Shown piece after piece: positions 46,037 to 55,681 of a DNA stretch of 64,000 nucleotides (position 1 is its first letter; each line of letters opens with the position of its first letter). The notes under the pieces were generated by a model. The model ran no database searches. It had not been told where the DNA came from and was given only the letters and a program-made list of their open reading frames with translations. This DNA is from an uncultured Anaerolineaceae bacterium (GTDB lineage: Bacteria; Chloroflexota; Limnocylindria; Limnocylindrales; CSP1-4): assembly GCA_964425305.1 (NCBI GenBank), contig CAYRMQ010000003.1:2162-66161 (forward strand). The letters run 5' to 3'. The translations under genes were made by a program, and so were the position numbers.

Positions 46037-46699
46037 TCAGCGGTCGCCCGTGGCAGGCTGAGTACGCGGCTCCGCGCGCGGCTCCGTGGCGCGGCTGTCG
46101 AGCGAGCCGGGCGAGATCGCGGCCGAGCTGGGTGTCTCCGCCGGAAGGGCGCCACCCTCGGGCGCGCGCAGCGGCCTGCCGGCCGGCGGCGGGACGGCCA
46201 CCTCCTGCAGCAGCTCGGGACGCTCGAAGTCTTTGCCGCACCACGCGCACAGGCTCCAGTCGAGCTCGACCAGCCGGCTGCAGTTGGGGCACACCCGGCG
46301 CAGGCGGTTGCGGCAGGTGGGGCAGATGATCCAGTCCTCGTGAACCTGCCGCGAACAGTTCGCGCAGTGTGGCTGGGACTCGATCTCGACCATCATCGCC
46401 TCTTCGGCGAGTGCCCGCTCGTTGGCCTCGGCGACGGTCTCGGGCGGGCGGACGATGCGGTAGACGATGATGCCGAACGGGAACAGCAGCGGCGTGAACA
46501 GGATGATCAGGGCCGCCGCCAGGTAGGGCGCGACCGGATTGGTGGTGCGCGCCTGCAGGTCACGGTAGGCCCAGTAGGCGCTCGCCGCCCACAGCAGCAC
46601 TGCGTAGATCGCGATCGCCTGGATGGCCAGCCGGACGATGGGGGTGTCGAAGAAGCGGCCCACCTCGGTGGCGAGCGTCTGGAGCAGCTGGTCAAACAT
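46037..46699 (-). CDS. membrane protein with two C-terminal zinc-ribbons
   Basis: Two TM helices then CANCSRQVHEDWIICPTCRN and CPNCSRLVELDWSLCAWCGKDF (CxxC…CxxC pairs). Confidence 0.55.
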   Translation of the reverse strand: MFDQLLQTLATEVGRFFDTPIVRLAIQAIAIYAVLLWAASAYWAYRDLQARTTNPVAPYLAAALIILFTPLLFPFGIIVYRIVRPPETVAEANERALAEEAMMVEIESQPHCANCSRQVHEDWIICPTCRNRLRRVCPNCSRLVELDWSLCAWCGKDFERPELLQEVAVPPPAGRPLRAPEGGALPAETPSSAAISPGSLDSRATEPRAEPRTQPATGDR

Positions 46700-46803
46700 T
46701 CACGGTGAGCCTCAGGTGAGGGCCGTCCCGAGCGCTGTCCCGGCCGAGCACGACCCCAGCGGCAAGGAGGCCGAGTCTAGCAGCCCGATCCGGCTCGGGC
46801 TGC

Positions 46804-47838
46804 TCAGCGCAACCCGTCCGTGCTCCACATCGCGGCCCGCAGGGCAGACACGAAGCCGCTCACTAGCATTGCCATCGTCCACATCGCGGCGAGCGCCAGC
46901 GTCACGATCGCCAGCTCGGCCATCGCATCGGCATCACTGGTTCCAGCGGCCGGTCCGAGGAATACGCCGCGCACCGACTGCCACACTGCCGACAGGCCCC
47001 ACGCGAGCGGCGCCAGGACGGCGACCGACGACAGCCAGACGGCGACCAGCGTGGCCAGCGTGCTGCCCGGCCGGCGCAGGGGACGCATGATCGCGGCGCC
47101 GATCGCCAGGGGGACCGCCGCCATAGTGCCGAGGATGCCGCGCGGCGGCGGCGCCGTCGCCAGCCCGTAGGCACGCACCAGCAACCGCCGGCCGGCCAGC
47201 GACGAGAGCATTTCGACGAGGACCAGCGCGGCGATGAGCAGGAAGAGAGGCTCGCGCACACCGCCCAGCACGCGGGTGTAGATCGTGCCGCCGAGGCTGG
47301 GCCGGACGATCTCCTGGTACGCCACCGCGATCACGGCATTGGCCAGCGGGATGGCGGCGACGATCAGAACGGCGAGCGCAAGGAGTTGGACGGCGAACAG
47401 GCCCCCGACCACCAGCCGCCGCTCGCCTGGGGCAAGCCGCCGCGGAAGCCGGCCACGGCGCTGCTCGTCGGTATCGGGGTGAGTCACAACTCGTTCGAAG
47501 GACGCCAGCTCGAGGGACGCCAGAACGGCGAGGATGGTGAGCAGCGCGATCACGCCGATGACGGCCGCCACGCCGAGCAGTGCCACGAATCCGGGCGCCA
47601 GGCCGGTCGAGCCGAGGTTCGTCCCGAGCAGCATGCGTATCTCGACCGGCGTCGGCAGGACGACGATCGAGGCGAGCAGCAGGACGACTCCGCCACGCAG
47701 CGCGAAGGCAAGCGCGCCGAGGACCCACAGCGACGGCTGGCTGACCACTACCGACAGGGCGCCGGCCACGCCCGCGCGCCAGCCGGCACCTGCGGCAGTG
47801 CGCAGACCGGGAGCAACCAGAATGCGTGATGGGCCCAC
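46804..47838 (-). CDS. integral membrane protein, function unknown
   Basis: The coherent hydrophobic reading frame occupies only the C-terminal two-thirds of track ORF 46804..48270 (the remainder is Arg-rich); start guessed at the GTG at 47838 preceded by TACAAT. Confidence 0.45.
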   Translation of the reverse strand: MGPSRILVAPGLRTAAGAGWRAGVAGALSVVVSQPSLWVLGALAFALRGGVVLLLASIVVLPTPVEIRMLLGTNLGSTGLAPGFVALLGVAAVIGVIALLTILAVLASLELASFERVVTHPDTDEQRRGRLPRRLAPGERRLVVGGLFAVQLLALAVLIVAAIPLANAVIAVAYQEIVRPSLGGTIYTRVLGGVREPLFLLIAALVLVEMLSSLAGRRLLVRAYGLATAPPPRGILGTMAAVPLAIGAAIMRPLRRPGSTLATLVAVWLSSVAVLAPLAWGLSAVWQSVRGVFLGPAAGTSDADAMAELAIVTLALAAMWTMAMLVSGFVSALRAAMWSTDGLR

Positions 47839-47927
47839 TGACCATCGATTGTAACGTCGTTGTAATGACGGCGCCGCCGGGCGCTTCGTACCTGCAGCGG
47901 CGTCCGATTCGGATGGCCGCGGCAACG

Positions 47928-48401
47928 TCAGCCGGGACGGCTCACCGCCTCGACCGCCGCGGCGAAGCCGCGCAGCAGCTCGCGCGCCAGCTCGTTGTCG
48001 CGCAGGACCGACGCGCGCACGGGATCCCACTTGACGGCGACCATGCACAGCAGCGGGCGCTGCCACGGGCGTGCCTCGTCCTCGGCCGGTGGCATGCGCA
48101 GTCGGATCAGCTGTCGACCGGCCTCTTCGGCGATCAGCCCCGACAGGGCTCCGGCCAGGCGCGGACCGATGGCCTGCAGCGGCTGGCCCGGCGGCGGGCC
48201 GGCGGCCGGCGCAACCTCGATCGCCTCGACGACGCCCTCGTCGTCGGCCAGCCAGAGGTGCGTCAGCCACCAGCCGTCGTCGGTCACGCTCGGCTTCGAC
48301 AGCCCGGCGCGCAGGCTTCGATTGTCGCGCGTCGTGCCGTGGCGGAGGACCCCCTCCTCACGCACGAACGAGGGTCCCGGCGCGGGCAGGCGGGAGGTCA
48401 C
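47928..48401 (-). CDS. hypothetical protein (157 aa) translationally coupled to guaA
   Basis: Protein-like frame (…[29 protein letters not shown]…[33 protein letters not shown]…) hidden in the tail of spurious ORF 47928..49559; GTG start overlaps the guaA TGA (GTGA). Confidence 0.4.
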   Translation of the reverse strand: MTSRLPAPGPSFVREEGVLRHGTTRDNRSLRAGLSKPSVTDDGWWLTHLWLADDEGVVEAIEVAPAAGPPPGQPLQAIGPRLAGALSGLIAEEAGRQLIRLRMPPAEDEARPWQRPLLCMVAVKWDPVRASVLRDNELARELLRGFAAAVEAVSRPG

Positions 48402-49933
48402 TCCCACTCGATGGTGGCGGGCGGCTTGCTGCTGATGTCGTAGACGACGCGGTTGACGCCGGGCACCTCGTTGACGATGCGGCTGCTGATCGTGGCCAGC
48501 ACCTCGTAGGGCAGCTTGGCCCAGTCGGCGGTCATGCCGTCCTCGCTGGTCACCGCCCGGATGGCGACGACGTTGGCATAGGTGCGCCCGTCGCCCATCA
48601 CCCCGACCGAGCGGACCGGCGTCAGGATGGCGAACGACTGCCACAGGCTGCGATAAAGGCCGGCCGCCTTGATCTCGTCGATGACGATCCAGTCGGCCTC
48701 GCGCAGCGTCTCGAGGCGCTCGGTGGTGACCTCGCCGATGATGCGGATGGCCAGCCCGGGGCCCGGGAAGGGCTGGCGCAGGACCATGCTTTCGGGCAGG
48801 CCCAGCTCCATGCCCACCGCGCGGACCTCGTCCTTGAACAGGTGGCGCAGCGGCTCGATCAGCTGGAAGCGCAGGTCGGCCGGCAGGCCGCCGACGTTGT
48901 GGTGGGTCTTGATCTTCTGGGCGGCCTTCGTCTCGGGCGTCGTCGATTCGATGACGTCGGGATAGAGAGTGCCCTGCGTCAGGAAGTCGATGGGCCCGAT
49001 CTTGCTCGCCTCCTCCTCGAAGACGCGGATGAACTCGTCGCCGATGATGCGCCGCTTCTCCTCCGGGTCCTCCACGCCGGCCAGCCGGGCCAGGAAACGC
49101 TCGCGCGCGTCGACCATCACCAGCCTCATGCCCAGGTTCTGCTCGAAGGTCTGGCGCAGCAGCTCCGATTCGCGCTTGCGCATCAGGCCGTGGTCGACGT
49201 AGATGCACGTCAGCTGGTCGCCGACGGCACGGTGGACGAGGGTCGCCGCCACGGCCGAGTCGACACCGCCCGACAGCGCGCAGATGACGTGGCCGTCGTC
49301 GACCCGTTGCCGGATCTCGGCGACGGTCGACTCGATGAAACCGGCCGGCGTCCACGTCGGGCGCGCGCCACAGATCTCGATGACGAAGTTGCGCAGGATG
49401 TCGCGCCCGGCGGGCGTGTGGATCACCTCGGGGTGGAACTGGATGCCGTAGAGGCGGCGCTCGCCGTCGGCCAGACCGGCGTAGGGCGTCGAGTCGGTCT
49501 GGGCCAGCGGCTGGAAGCCGGGCGGCGGCGTGACGATCGAGTCGCCGTGGCTCATCCACACCGGCTGGTCCGTGGCCAGCCCGCGGAAGAGGCCGTTGTC
49601 GGTCGTTATCGTGACCGTCGCCGGGCCGTACTCGCGCTTGCTCGCCGGAACGACGTCGCCGCCCAGCTGGTGGGCCATCAGCTGCAGCCCGTAACAGATG
49701 CCGAGGATGGGGATGCCGGAGTGCCAGATCCGCGGATCGGGCTTGGGCGCGCCCTCCTCATAGACGCTCGCCGGCCCGCCCGAGAGGATGACCGCCTTCG
49801 GCGCGCGGCGGATGAGCTCATCCCACGGCGTGTCGAAGGGCAGCAGCTCGGAGTAGACGTTGAGCTCGCGCACGCGGCGCGCGATCAGCTGGGCGGTCTG
49901 GCTGCCGAAGTCGAGGACGACGACGGTGTCCGG
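48398..49933 (-). CDS. guaA: GMP synthase (glutamine-hydrolysing); start codon unresolved
   Basis: Full GATase and ATP-PPase homology (…GICYGLQLM…, …[12 protein letters not shown]…, C-terminal …KPPATIEWE). The track ORF starts at GTG 49873 (MRELNVY), but the conserved N-terminal strand …[21 protein letters not shown]… is encoded in-frame upstream (to about 49933) with no ATG/GTG/TTG. Confidence 0.85.
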   Translation of the reverse strand, partial: PDTVVVLDFGSQTAQLIARRVRELNVYSELLPFDTPWDELIRRAPKAVILSGGPASVYEEGAPKPDPRIWHSGIPILGICYGLQLMAHQLGGDVVPASKREYGPATVTITTDNGLFRGLATDQPVWMSHGDSIVTPPPGFQPLAQTDSTPYAGLADGERRLYGIQFHPEVIHTPAGRDILRNFVIEICGARPTWTPAGFIESTVAEIRQRVDDGHVICALSGGVDSAVAATLVHRAVGDQLTCIYVDHGLMRKRESELLRQTFEQNLGMRLVMVDARERFLARLAGVEDPEEKRRIIGDEFIRVFEEEASKIGPIDFLTQGTLYPDVIESTTPETKAAQKIKTHHNVGGLPADLRFQLIEPLRHLFKDEVRAVGMELGLPESMVLRQPFPGPGLAIRIIGEVTTERLETLREADWIVIDEIKAAGLYRSLWQSFAILTPVRSVGVMGDGRTYANVVAIRAVTSEDGMTADWAKLPYEVLATISSRIVNEVPGVNRVVYDISSKPPATIEWE

Positions 49934-50145
49934 CGCTGCCGCAGCCTCTCTCGGCGGGCGCTCGGGGGCGGGCGCGTCGAGCGCGACCTCGAGGTAGGCC
50001 TCGACCTCGGCGTCGTCCGGCGCGAGGACGCGATGGCCGGCGTTGGCCGGCTCGCCATGGACGGTCTTGCCGCGCTCGCCTTGCCTGCCGCGCTTCGCTT
50101 GTCGGTCGATCGATGCTCTCCCCTGTGCCAGGCGCTGGCCCGAGT

Positions 50146-51297
50146 CTAGCCGAGCGGGCGCTCGCGGGAGATCTCGCGCAGCGCGTCGTGGGGCAGGGCG
50201 TGGGCGGTGATGCCGTCACGCCCGACCATCGTCTCGGCGGCGACCAGCGCGTTGACGATCGCCTCCTCTGTCGATTCGATGGCCGCCCAGAAGAGCTCGC
50301 TCAGGACGGCATCGCCGACGGTCCGCACGTCCTTCAGCGGCGCGGGGTCCTCGGCTCGTAGCCCGTTACCCGTGGCGAAGGCGAGAAAGATGTCGCCGCT
50401 GCTGCGCTCGCCGGCGCCGCCGGCGCGCGCGATGCCCAGCCCGGCGCGCTCCGCCAGCGCCCGGCACTGGTGCGGGAGCAGCGGCGCGTCCGTGGCGAGG
50501 ACGACGATGATCGAGCCGCTACCCGGATCGAGAGGCGGGGCCTGGCTGCCCGGCAGCGCAGTCGCCTGGTCGTACGGCGAGGCGATCGTCTGGCGCGACA
50601 GCAGCCGGCCCACCGGCACGCCGGCGATCGTCAGCCGCTCTCGGCGCCCGTAGTTTGCCTGCACGAGGGCACCCACGATGTAGCCGCCGGCGGCGGCCGA
50701 CGCGACACGCGAGGCGCTGCCGATGCCGCCCTTGAACTCGTGGCAGGCCATGCCCGTGCCGCCGCCGACGTTGCCCTCCTCGACCGTCCCGTCACGGGCC
50801 CCGTCGAGCGCGGCGAAGACGTGCTCGGCACGGACGTGCTGGCCGTTGATGTCGTTGAGCAGCCCGTCCCACGTCTCGCCGACGACGGGCAGCGACCAGT
50901 AGTCCTCGCCGGCCTTCCGTCGCCGCGTCTCGTACGCCACGACGGCGTCACGCACCACACCGACGCTGTGCGTGTTGGTGATCGCCACCGGCGTCGTCAG
51001 CAGGCCCGACTCGCGCACCCACTCGAGGCCGGTCATCTCGCCGTTGCCGTTGAGCGTGTGCGTGCCGGCAAAGCAGGCGTCACCGGGCTCGCCGGGCGGC
51101 ATCACGACGGTCACGCCGGTGCGCACCGGGCCGTGGCCGACACGCAGCGGCCCCTCACCCTCGATCAGCGTCGTGTGCCCGACGCGCACGCCGGCGACAT
51201 CGGTGATCGCGTTGTGCGGACCGGCCGGCAACTGGCCGATGACGATGCCCAGGTCGCGGGCGCGCGGGCGCCGGTCGTTCGACATCGGCGCGAGCAT
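50146..51297 (-). CDS. DmpA/OAT-family peptidase (S58, L-aminopeptidase / D-Ala-esterase-like)
   Basis: …GVRVGHTT…, …[10 protein letters not shown]…, …[21 protein letters not shown]… typical of the P1/S58 family. Confidence 0.8.
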   Translation of the reverse strand: MLAPMSNDRRPRARDLGIVIGQLPAGPHNAITDVAGVRVGHTTLIEGEGPLRVGHGPVRTGVTVVMPPGEPGDACFAGTHTLNGNGEMTGLEWVRESGLLTTPVAITNTHSVGVVRDAVVAYETRRRKAGEDYWSLPVVGETWDGLLNDINGQHVRAEHVFAALDGARDGTVEEGNVGGGTGMACHEFKGGIGSASRVASAAAGGYIVGALVQANYGRRERLTIAGVPVGRLLSRQTIASPYDQATALPGSQAPPLDPGSGSIIVVLATDAPLLPHQCRALAERAGLGIARAGGAGERSSGDIFLAFATGNGLRAEDPAPLKDVRTVGDAVLSELFWAAIESTEEAIVNALVAAETMVGRDGITAHALPHDALREISRERPLG

Positions 51298-51313
51298 ACG
51301 ACGCCCGGCCGGG

Positions 51314-52519
51314 CTATTCCTCGGTCGCCGCGGCGACGATGTGATGCAGGTACAGCGTCAGCTCCCACAGGTCGGGCACGTCGGCGAGGCCCAGGCCATC
51401 CTGCCCCGGCTGGGCGTGGCCGAAGCGCCCGAAGCGCGTGAAGCGTCCGACCTGCTGCGGGTCGAGCGCGTCGTTGAGCGCGACCGCATGCGAGATCGGG
51501 ATCGCGTCGTCGCCCACGCCGTGCATCGTGAACACGACCGCCTGGATGCCCTCGACGAAGGCCAGCGGCGAGATCGCGGCCAGCTGCCTGCGCAGGTTCG
51601 GCGAGGCGCCGGCCAGTGCTGCCTCGGCCACAGCGCGTGAGGGGGCCGTGAACAGCCGGTAGACGGCCAGCGCGTCGCCGTTGAACATCTGCTCGATCGC
51701 CGGATCCGGACCGGCCGGCGGATCGGGCTCGCGGAGCACGGGCTCCAGCTGCTCGCGCAGGGCGTGGCGCGCGGCCGGGGACTGGATGCGCTCGAGCAGC
51801 AGGTCAAGCACGCGCTGGCGGATGATCGGCTCGGGTTGCCAGGGCAGTACTTCGCCCTCCAGCTCCATCGTGCGCGTGGCGATGTCGACGAGCAGCATTT
51901 CGGCGGCGGCGTAGCCGCCGAAGTTGCTGACGTAGCGCAGGTCGGCGGCGATGCGCGGGTCGGCGGCGGCGATGAGGGCGACGCTGGCGCCGGCGGAGAA
52001 ACCGATCAGGCCGATGCGCGTGCGGTCGACCTCCGGCCGCTGGGCGAGCACCAGGAAGGCATCGGCCAGGTGCGCCGGCTCGTCGGGCTCGATCCGGTCG
52101 GCACGCAGCGTCGACGAGTCCTGCACGCCGACGACGACGCCGAGGCGGCTGATGCCCTCGGCGACGCGGATGACGTCGGGGTGGTCTATCGGCTGCGGCG
52201 CGACTCCGAGCACGAGCACCGCGCCGGGCAGCAAACCATCGGGTCGCGCGCCGGCCGGCACGTAGACGTCCATGCGGTCGGGCGGCGAGCCGTAGCTCGT
52301 CGTGTGGCGCTGTGGCCGGTCGGTGATCGCGGCCAGCGGCCGCAGCGGCAGCTCGACCAGCTCGGGCAGCAGCAGGGCGGCGCGGGTCGCGGTCTGGACG
52401 GGCGGCACGAACAGCAGGCCCAGGACGTAGGCGAGCACGATGACACCGACGACCAGCAGCAGCCGGCCGACGCAGCCGCGGCCCCTGGGCTTCGGTGCGG
52501 GGGCAGTCACGCCCGTCAT
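51314..52519 (-). CDS. membrane-anchored alpha/beta hydrolase
   Basis: N-terminal TM; nucleophile elbow …LIGFSAGASVALIAA…; C-terminal His region. Confidence 0.7.
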   Translation of the reverse strand: MTGVTAPAPKPRGRGCVGRLLLVVGVIVLAYVLGLLFVPPVQTATRAALLLPELVELPLRPLAAITDRPQRHTTSYGSPPDRMDVYVPAGARPDGLLPGAVLVLGVAPQPIDHPDVIRVAEGISRLGVVVGVQDSSTLRADRIEPDEPAHLADAFLVLAQRPEVDRTRIGLIGFSAGASVALIAAADPRIAADLRYVSNFGGYAAAEMLLVDIATRTMELEGEVLPWQPEPIIRQRVLDLLLERIQSPAARHALREQLEPVLREPDPPAGPDPAIEQMFNGDALAVYRLFTAPSRAVAEAALAGASPNLRRQLAAISPLAFVEGIQAVVFTMHGVGDDAIPISHAVALNDALDPQQVGRFTRFGRFGHAQPGQDGLGLADVPDLWELTLYLHHIVAAATEE

Positions 52520-52568
52520 TGTCGCCGGGCGGTCGCGGGCCGCTCAGCCGGCACTGGGCAGCGGCCGT

Positions 52569-53054
52569 TCAGCCGGGCTCGAAGGAGCAGATGCGCCAGC
52601 CCTCGTCCTCGCGCTCGAGGATCGCCTGTGCCTGCCGCCCGTGCTGATCGAGGCGGTAGTAGATCGCCACGCGTCCGCCCGGACGCGGGTAGGGAAACGG
52701 GTCGATCTCACGGCCGAATCCGGGCCGACCGCCGCCCAACGGCTCGGCCGGGTCGGGCAGCCGACCCTCGCGCATGCCTGTGCACAGGAACCGGCGCGCT
52801 CGCTCAGTGTCGTTCCTCTCGTGGGCATCGAGGTACTCCTGAACGACCTCGTCCGGCTGGCGCAGGAAGCGGTCGTAGATCGGCTCGAGCGCGCCGGCGA
52901 CGGCCATGCCCGCTGCTGCCACGCCGGCGAGCAGCAGGATCAACAACGCGCAGCCGAGGAGCCCGCAACCGCGCGGCGCGCGGCCATCGTCGGCGGTCGC
53001 GTCGTCGACGTACTCGTCCTCGACGTCCCGCTCGTCTAGACGGGGGTCAGCCAT
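52569..53054 (-). CDS. hypothetical membrane-anchored protein (acidic N-terminus, one TM)
   Basis: ATG ORF with TM …LLGCALLILLLAGVAAAGMAVAGAL…; no recognisable domain. Confidence 0.5.
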   Translation of the reverse strand: MADPRLDERDVEDEYVDDATADDGRAPRGCGLLGCALLILLLAGVAAAGMAVAGALEPIYDRFLRQPDEVVQEYLDAHERNDTERARRFLCTGMREGRLPDPAEPLGGGRPGFGREIDPFPYPRPGGRVAIYYRLDQHGRQAQAILEREDEGWRICSFEPG

Positions 53055-53445
53055 CTGTTGGCAGGCCAGCCGATGGATCGGGCCGCAGGCGGAAGACGGG
53101 CCCGCGTCCCAGGCGTTCGGCGGGGGTGCCGTACTTGAGGATCAGTGCGGTCAGGCCGCGACCGCGCTCGGCGTCGTCGACCGGTTCGGCGACGTGGGCG
53201 GCCGAGCGCTCGCCGATCGTGACCCTGCATCGCGCGTCCGCCCGCAGGTTGAGCGCCCAGTCGGCCTGCTCGCTGCCGGCCGCCACGACGAGCGTTCCGT
53301 CGGGCTCCTCGACGAAGCCGACCGCCGCGGTCACCAGCCGCCCGCTGATCCGCCCGCGCGTCTCGAGCAGCGCGACCTTGCCCCACTCGGCGAGCTGCTC
53401 GCCGATCGAGCGCTCGTCGGTCAGCGCGAGCCGCCTCGCTGCCAC
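53047..53445 (-). CDS. F420H2-dependent reductase, nitroreductase-family deazaflavin-dependent oxidoreductase (DDN/DUF385-like)
   Basis: Coherent frame in the tail of spurious ORF 53047..54384: …KVALLETRGRISGRLVTAAVGFVEEPDGTLVVAAGSEQADWALNLRADARCRVTIG… matches the DDN-family core. GTG start at 53445 overlaps the end of the guaB3-like gene (alternative CTG at 53424). Confidence 0.6.
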   Translation of the reverse strand: MAARRLALTDERSIGEQLAEWGKVALLETRGRISGRLVTAAVGFVEEPDGTLVVAAGSEQADWALNLRADARCRVTIGERSAAHVAEPVDDAERGRGLTALILKYGTPAERLGRGPVFRLRPDPSAGLPTDG

Positions 53446-54620
53446 GACTTGCCCTCGACGGCGACCGCCGGCGCGTAGACCATCTCGACCTGCTGCATGG
53501 CGCGGATGTCGCGCGCGCCGAGCGCCGCCATCGACTGGCGCAGCGCGCCGACCAGGTTCTGCGTGCCGTCGGTGACGTCGGCCGGGCCGAGCAAAATCTT
53601 CTCGAGCGAGCCAACCGTCCCGACGCGGATACGCGTTCCGCGCGGCAGCGTCGGCGAGGGCGCGGCCATGCCCCAGTTGGTGCCTCTGCCCGGCGCTTCC
53701 GCCGCGCGCGCCAGCGGCGAGCCGAGCATCAGCACGTCGGCGCCGGCGGCAATCGCCTTGGCCAGCTCGCCGCCGCGGCGCATGCCGCCGTCGGCGACGA
53801 CCGGCACGTAGTGGCCGGTCCGGTCGTAATACTCGTCGCGCGCCGCCGCCACGTCGGAGACGGCCGTCACCTGCGGCACGCCGACGCCGAGGACGTCGCG
53901 CGTGGTGCACGCCGCGCCCGGCCCGACGCCGACGAAGACGGCCGCCGCGCCCTGCTCCATCAGACCCAGCGCGGCGTCGTACGAGGTGGTGTTGCCGACG
54001 GCGACGGGGATCGGCATGAAGCGCGTGAACTCGGCCAGCGACAGCGGCTCGTAGCCGGCGGCGAGATGGCGCGCGCTCGAAACCTGCGACTGGACGAGGA
54101 ACGCGTCGGCCCCATGCTCGGCGCAGAACGGACCGAGGCGGCGGGCACTCGCCGGCGTCGCGGCGACGACCGCCGGCGAGCCACAGACATGGATCTCGTC
54201 GATGCGGCGGGCGATCAGCTCCTCGGAGATGGGCGCCGAGTAGGCGTCGGCCAGCGCGTCGTGGACGGTGCCGTCGTCGACGCTGGCGATGCGCTCCAGA
54301 ACGGCCGCCGGATCGTCGTAGCGCGTCTGCAGGCCCTCCAGGTTGAGGACGCCCAACCCGCCGAGGCCGGCGAGCGACCCGCACAAGGCAGGATCGACGA
54401 CGGCGTCCATCGCCGCCGCCAGGATCGGGATGCCCAGGCGCAGGCCACAGAACTCGACGCTGACGTCGACGTCGGCCGGCTCGATCGTCTCGACGCCGGG
54501 CGCCAGGGAAACGTCGTCGAAGCCGTAGGTCTGGCGCAGGGAGTCGGCCTTGGCGGGCCGCCGGCGCGCACGATCCCGGCCGTACGTCTCCGCGGCGGGT
54601 GTGGCGCTACCGGACGGCAC
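53421..54620 (-). CDS. IMP-dehydrogenase-family protein lacking CBS pair (GuaB3-like)
   Basis: …YGFDDVSLAPG…, …VGVGPGAACTTR…, …VVADGGMRRGGELAKAIAAGADVLMLGS… (IMPDH/GMPR TIM-barrel); GTG start. Confidence 0.85.
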   Translation of the reverse strand: MPSGSATPAAETYGRDRARRRPAKADSLRQTYGFDDVSLAPGVETIEPADVDVSVEFCGLRLGIPILAAAMDAVVDPALCGSLAGLGGLGVLNLEGLQTRYDDPAAVLERIASVDDGTVHDALADAYSAPISEELIARRIDEIHVCGSPAVVAATPASARRLGPFCAEHGADAFLVQSQVSSARHLAAGYEPLSLAEFTRFMPIPVAVGNTTSYDAALGLMEQGAAAVFVGVGPGAACTTRDVLGVGVPQVTAVSDVAAARDEYYDRTGHYVPVVADGGMRRGGELAKAIAAGADVLMLGSPLARAAEAPGRGTNWGMAAPSPTLPRGTRIRVGTVGSLEKILLGPADVTDGTQNLVGALRQSMAALGARDIRAMQQVEMVYAPAVAVEGKSWQRGGSR

Positions 54621-54676
54621 GTTCGATCAGATCCTCCGATCCAGCGGCTGAACTGCCAGAGGGGCAGTATAGCCAC

Positions 54677-55681
54677 GTGCCAGGGCGAGTCGCCGAGACC
54701 CTCGTCGGCATCGCCGACATCCGCGCCGCCGCCGAACGCCTGCGCGGGGTCGCCGTCCGCACGCCGCTGCTGCGGCTGCCGGTACAGGGCGAGCTGCACG
54801 TCTATGTCAAGCCCGAGAACCTCCAGCCGACGGGCGCCTTCAAGCTGCGTGGCGCATACAACGCCATCGCGCAGCTGACGCCCGAGCAGCGGCGCCGCGG
54901 CGTGGTGACCCACTCCAGCGGTAACCACGGCCAGGCCGTCGCGTACGTCGCCCGGCTGTTCGGCATACGCGCCGCCATCGTCATGCCCGAGAACGCTCCG
55001 AACATCAAGGTCGAGCGCGTGCGCAGCTTCGGCGGCGAGGTCGTCTTTGTCGAGCCGTCGGGCGAGGCGCGCCGGCAGCGCGCCGAGCAGCTCACCGCCG
55101 ACGAGGGCCTGGAGCTGATCCCGGCGGCCAACGACCCGCGGGTGATCGCCGGGCAGGGCACAGTCGGGCTCGAGATCGTCGAGCAGCTCGACGAGCTGGG
55201 CGATCACGGTCCGGCGAGGCTCACCGTGGTCGTGCCCATCGGCCAGGGCGGGCTGGCCGGCGGCGTCGGGGCGGCGGTCAAGGCGCTGCGCCCGGACGCG
55301 CGGGTCGTCGGCGTCGAGCCGGCACTGGCCGCCGACGCGCGGGACTCGCTCGCTCGGGGCGAGATCGTCGCCTGGCCGACGGCGCAGACCTACCGCACGC
55401 TGGCCGACGGCCTGCGCATGGAATCGGTGACCCCCATCCCCTTCGCCCACCTGGCGCGCTTCGTCGACGAGGTCGTGACCGTCGAGGAGGACGAGATAGG
55501 GCAGGCCGTCGCACGCGCCGCGCGCGACCTGCGGCTCGTCGCCGAGCCGTCCGGCGCGGTGACGCTCGCGGCGCTGGCACGCCTCGCCGACGGTGACGGG
55601 ACCGTCGTGACCGTGCTGAGCGGCGGCAACGTGGACGGTGAGCTCTACGTTGACTTGATGCGCCGGTATCATCGGCCGTGA
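54677..55681 (+). CDS. PLP-dependent threonine/serine dehydratase (fold-type II)
   Basis: PLP-lysine motif …QPTGAFKLRGAYN… and …HSSGNHGQAVA…; track start GTG 54599 overlaps the divergent guaB3-like start, so the in-frame GTG at 54677 (VPGRVAETLVGIADIRAAAERL…) is preferred. Confidence 0.8.
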   Translation: MPGRVAETLVGIADIRAAAERLRGVAVRTPLLRLPVQGELHVYVKPENLQPTGAFKLRGAYNAIAQLTPEQRRRGVVTHSSGNHGQAVAYVARLFGIRAAIVMPENAPNIKVERVRSFGGEVVFVEPSGEARRQRAEQLTADEGLELIPAANDPRVIAGQGTVGLEIVEQLDELGDHGPARLTVVVPIGQGGLAGGVGAAVKALRPDARVVGVEPALAADARDSLARGEIVAWPTAQTYRTLADGLRMESVTPIPFAHLARFVDEVVTVEEDEIGQAVARAARDLRLVAEPSGAVTLAALARLADGDGTVVTVLSGGNVDGELYVDLMRRYHRP

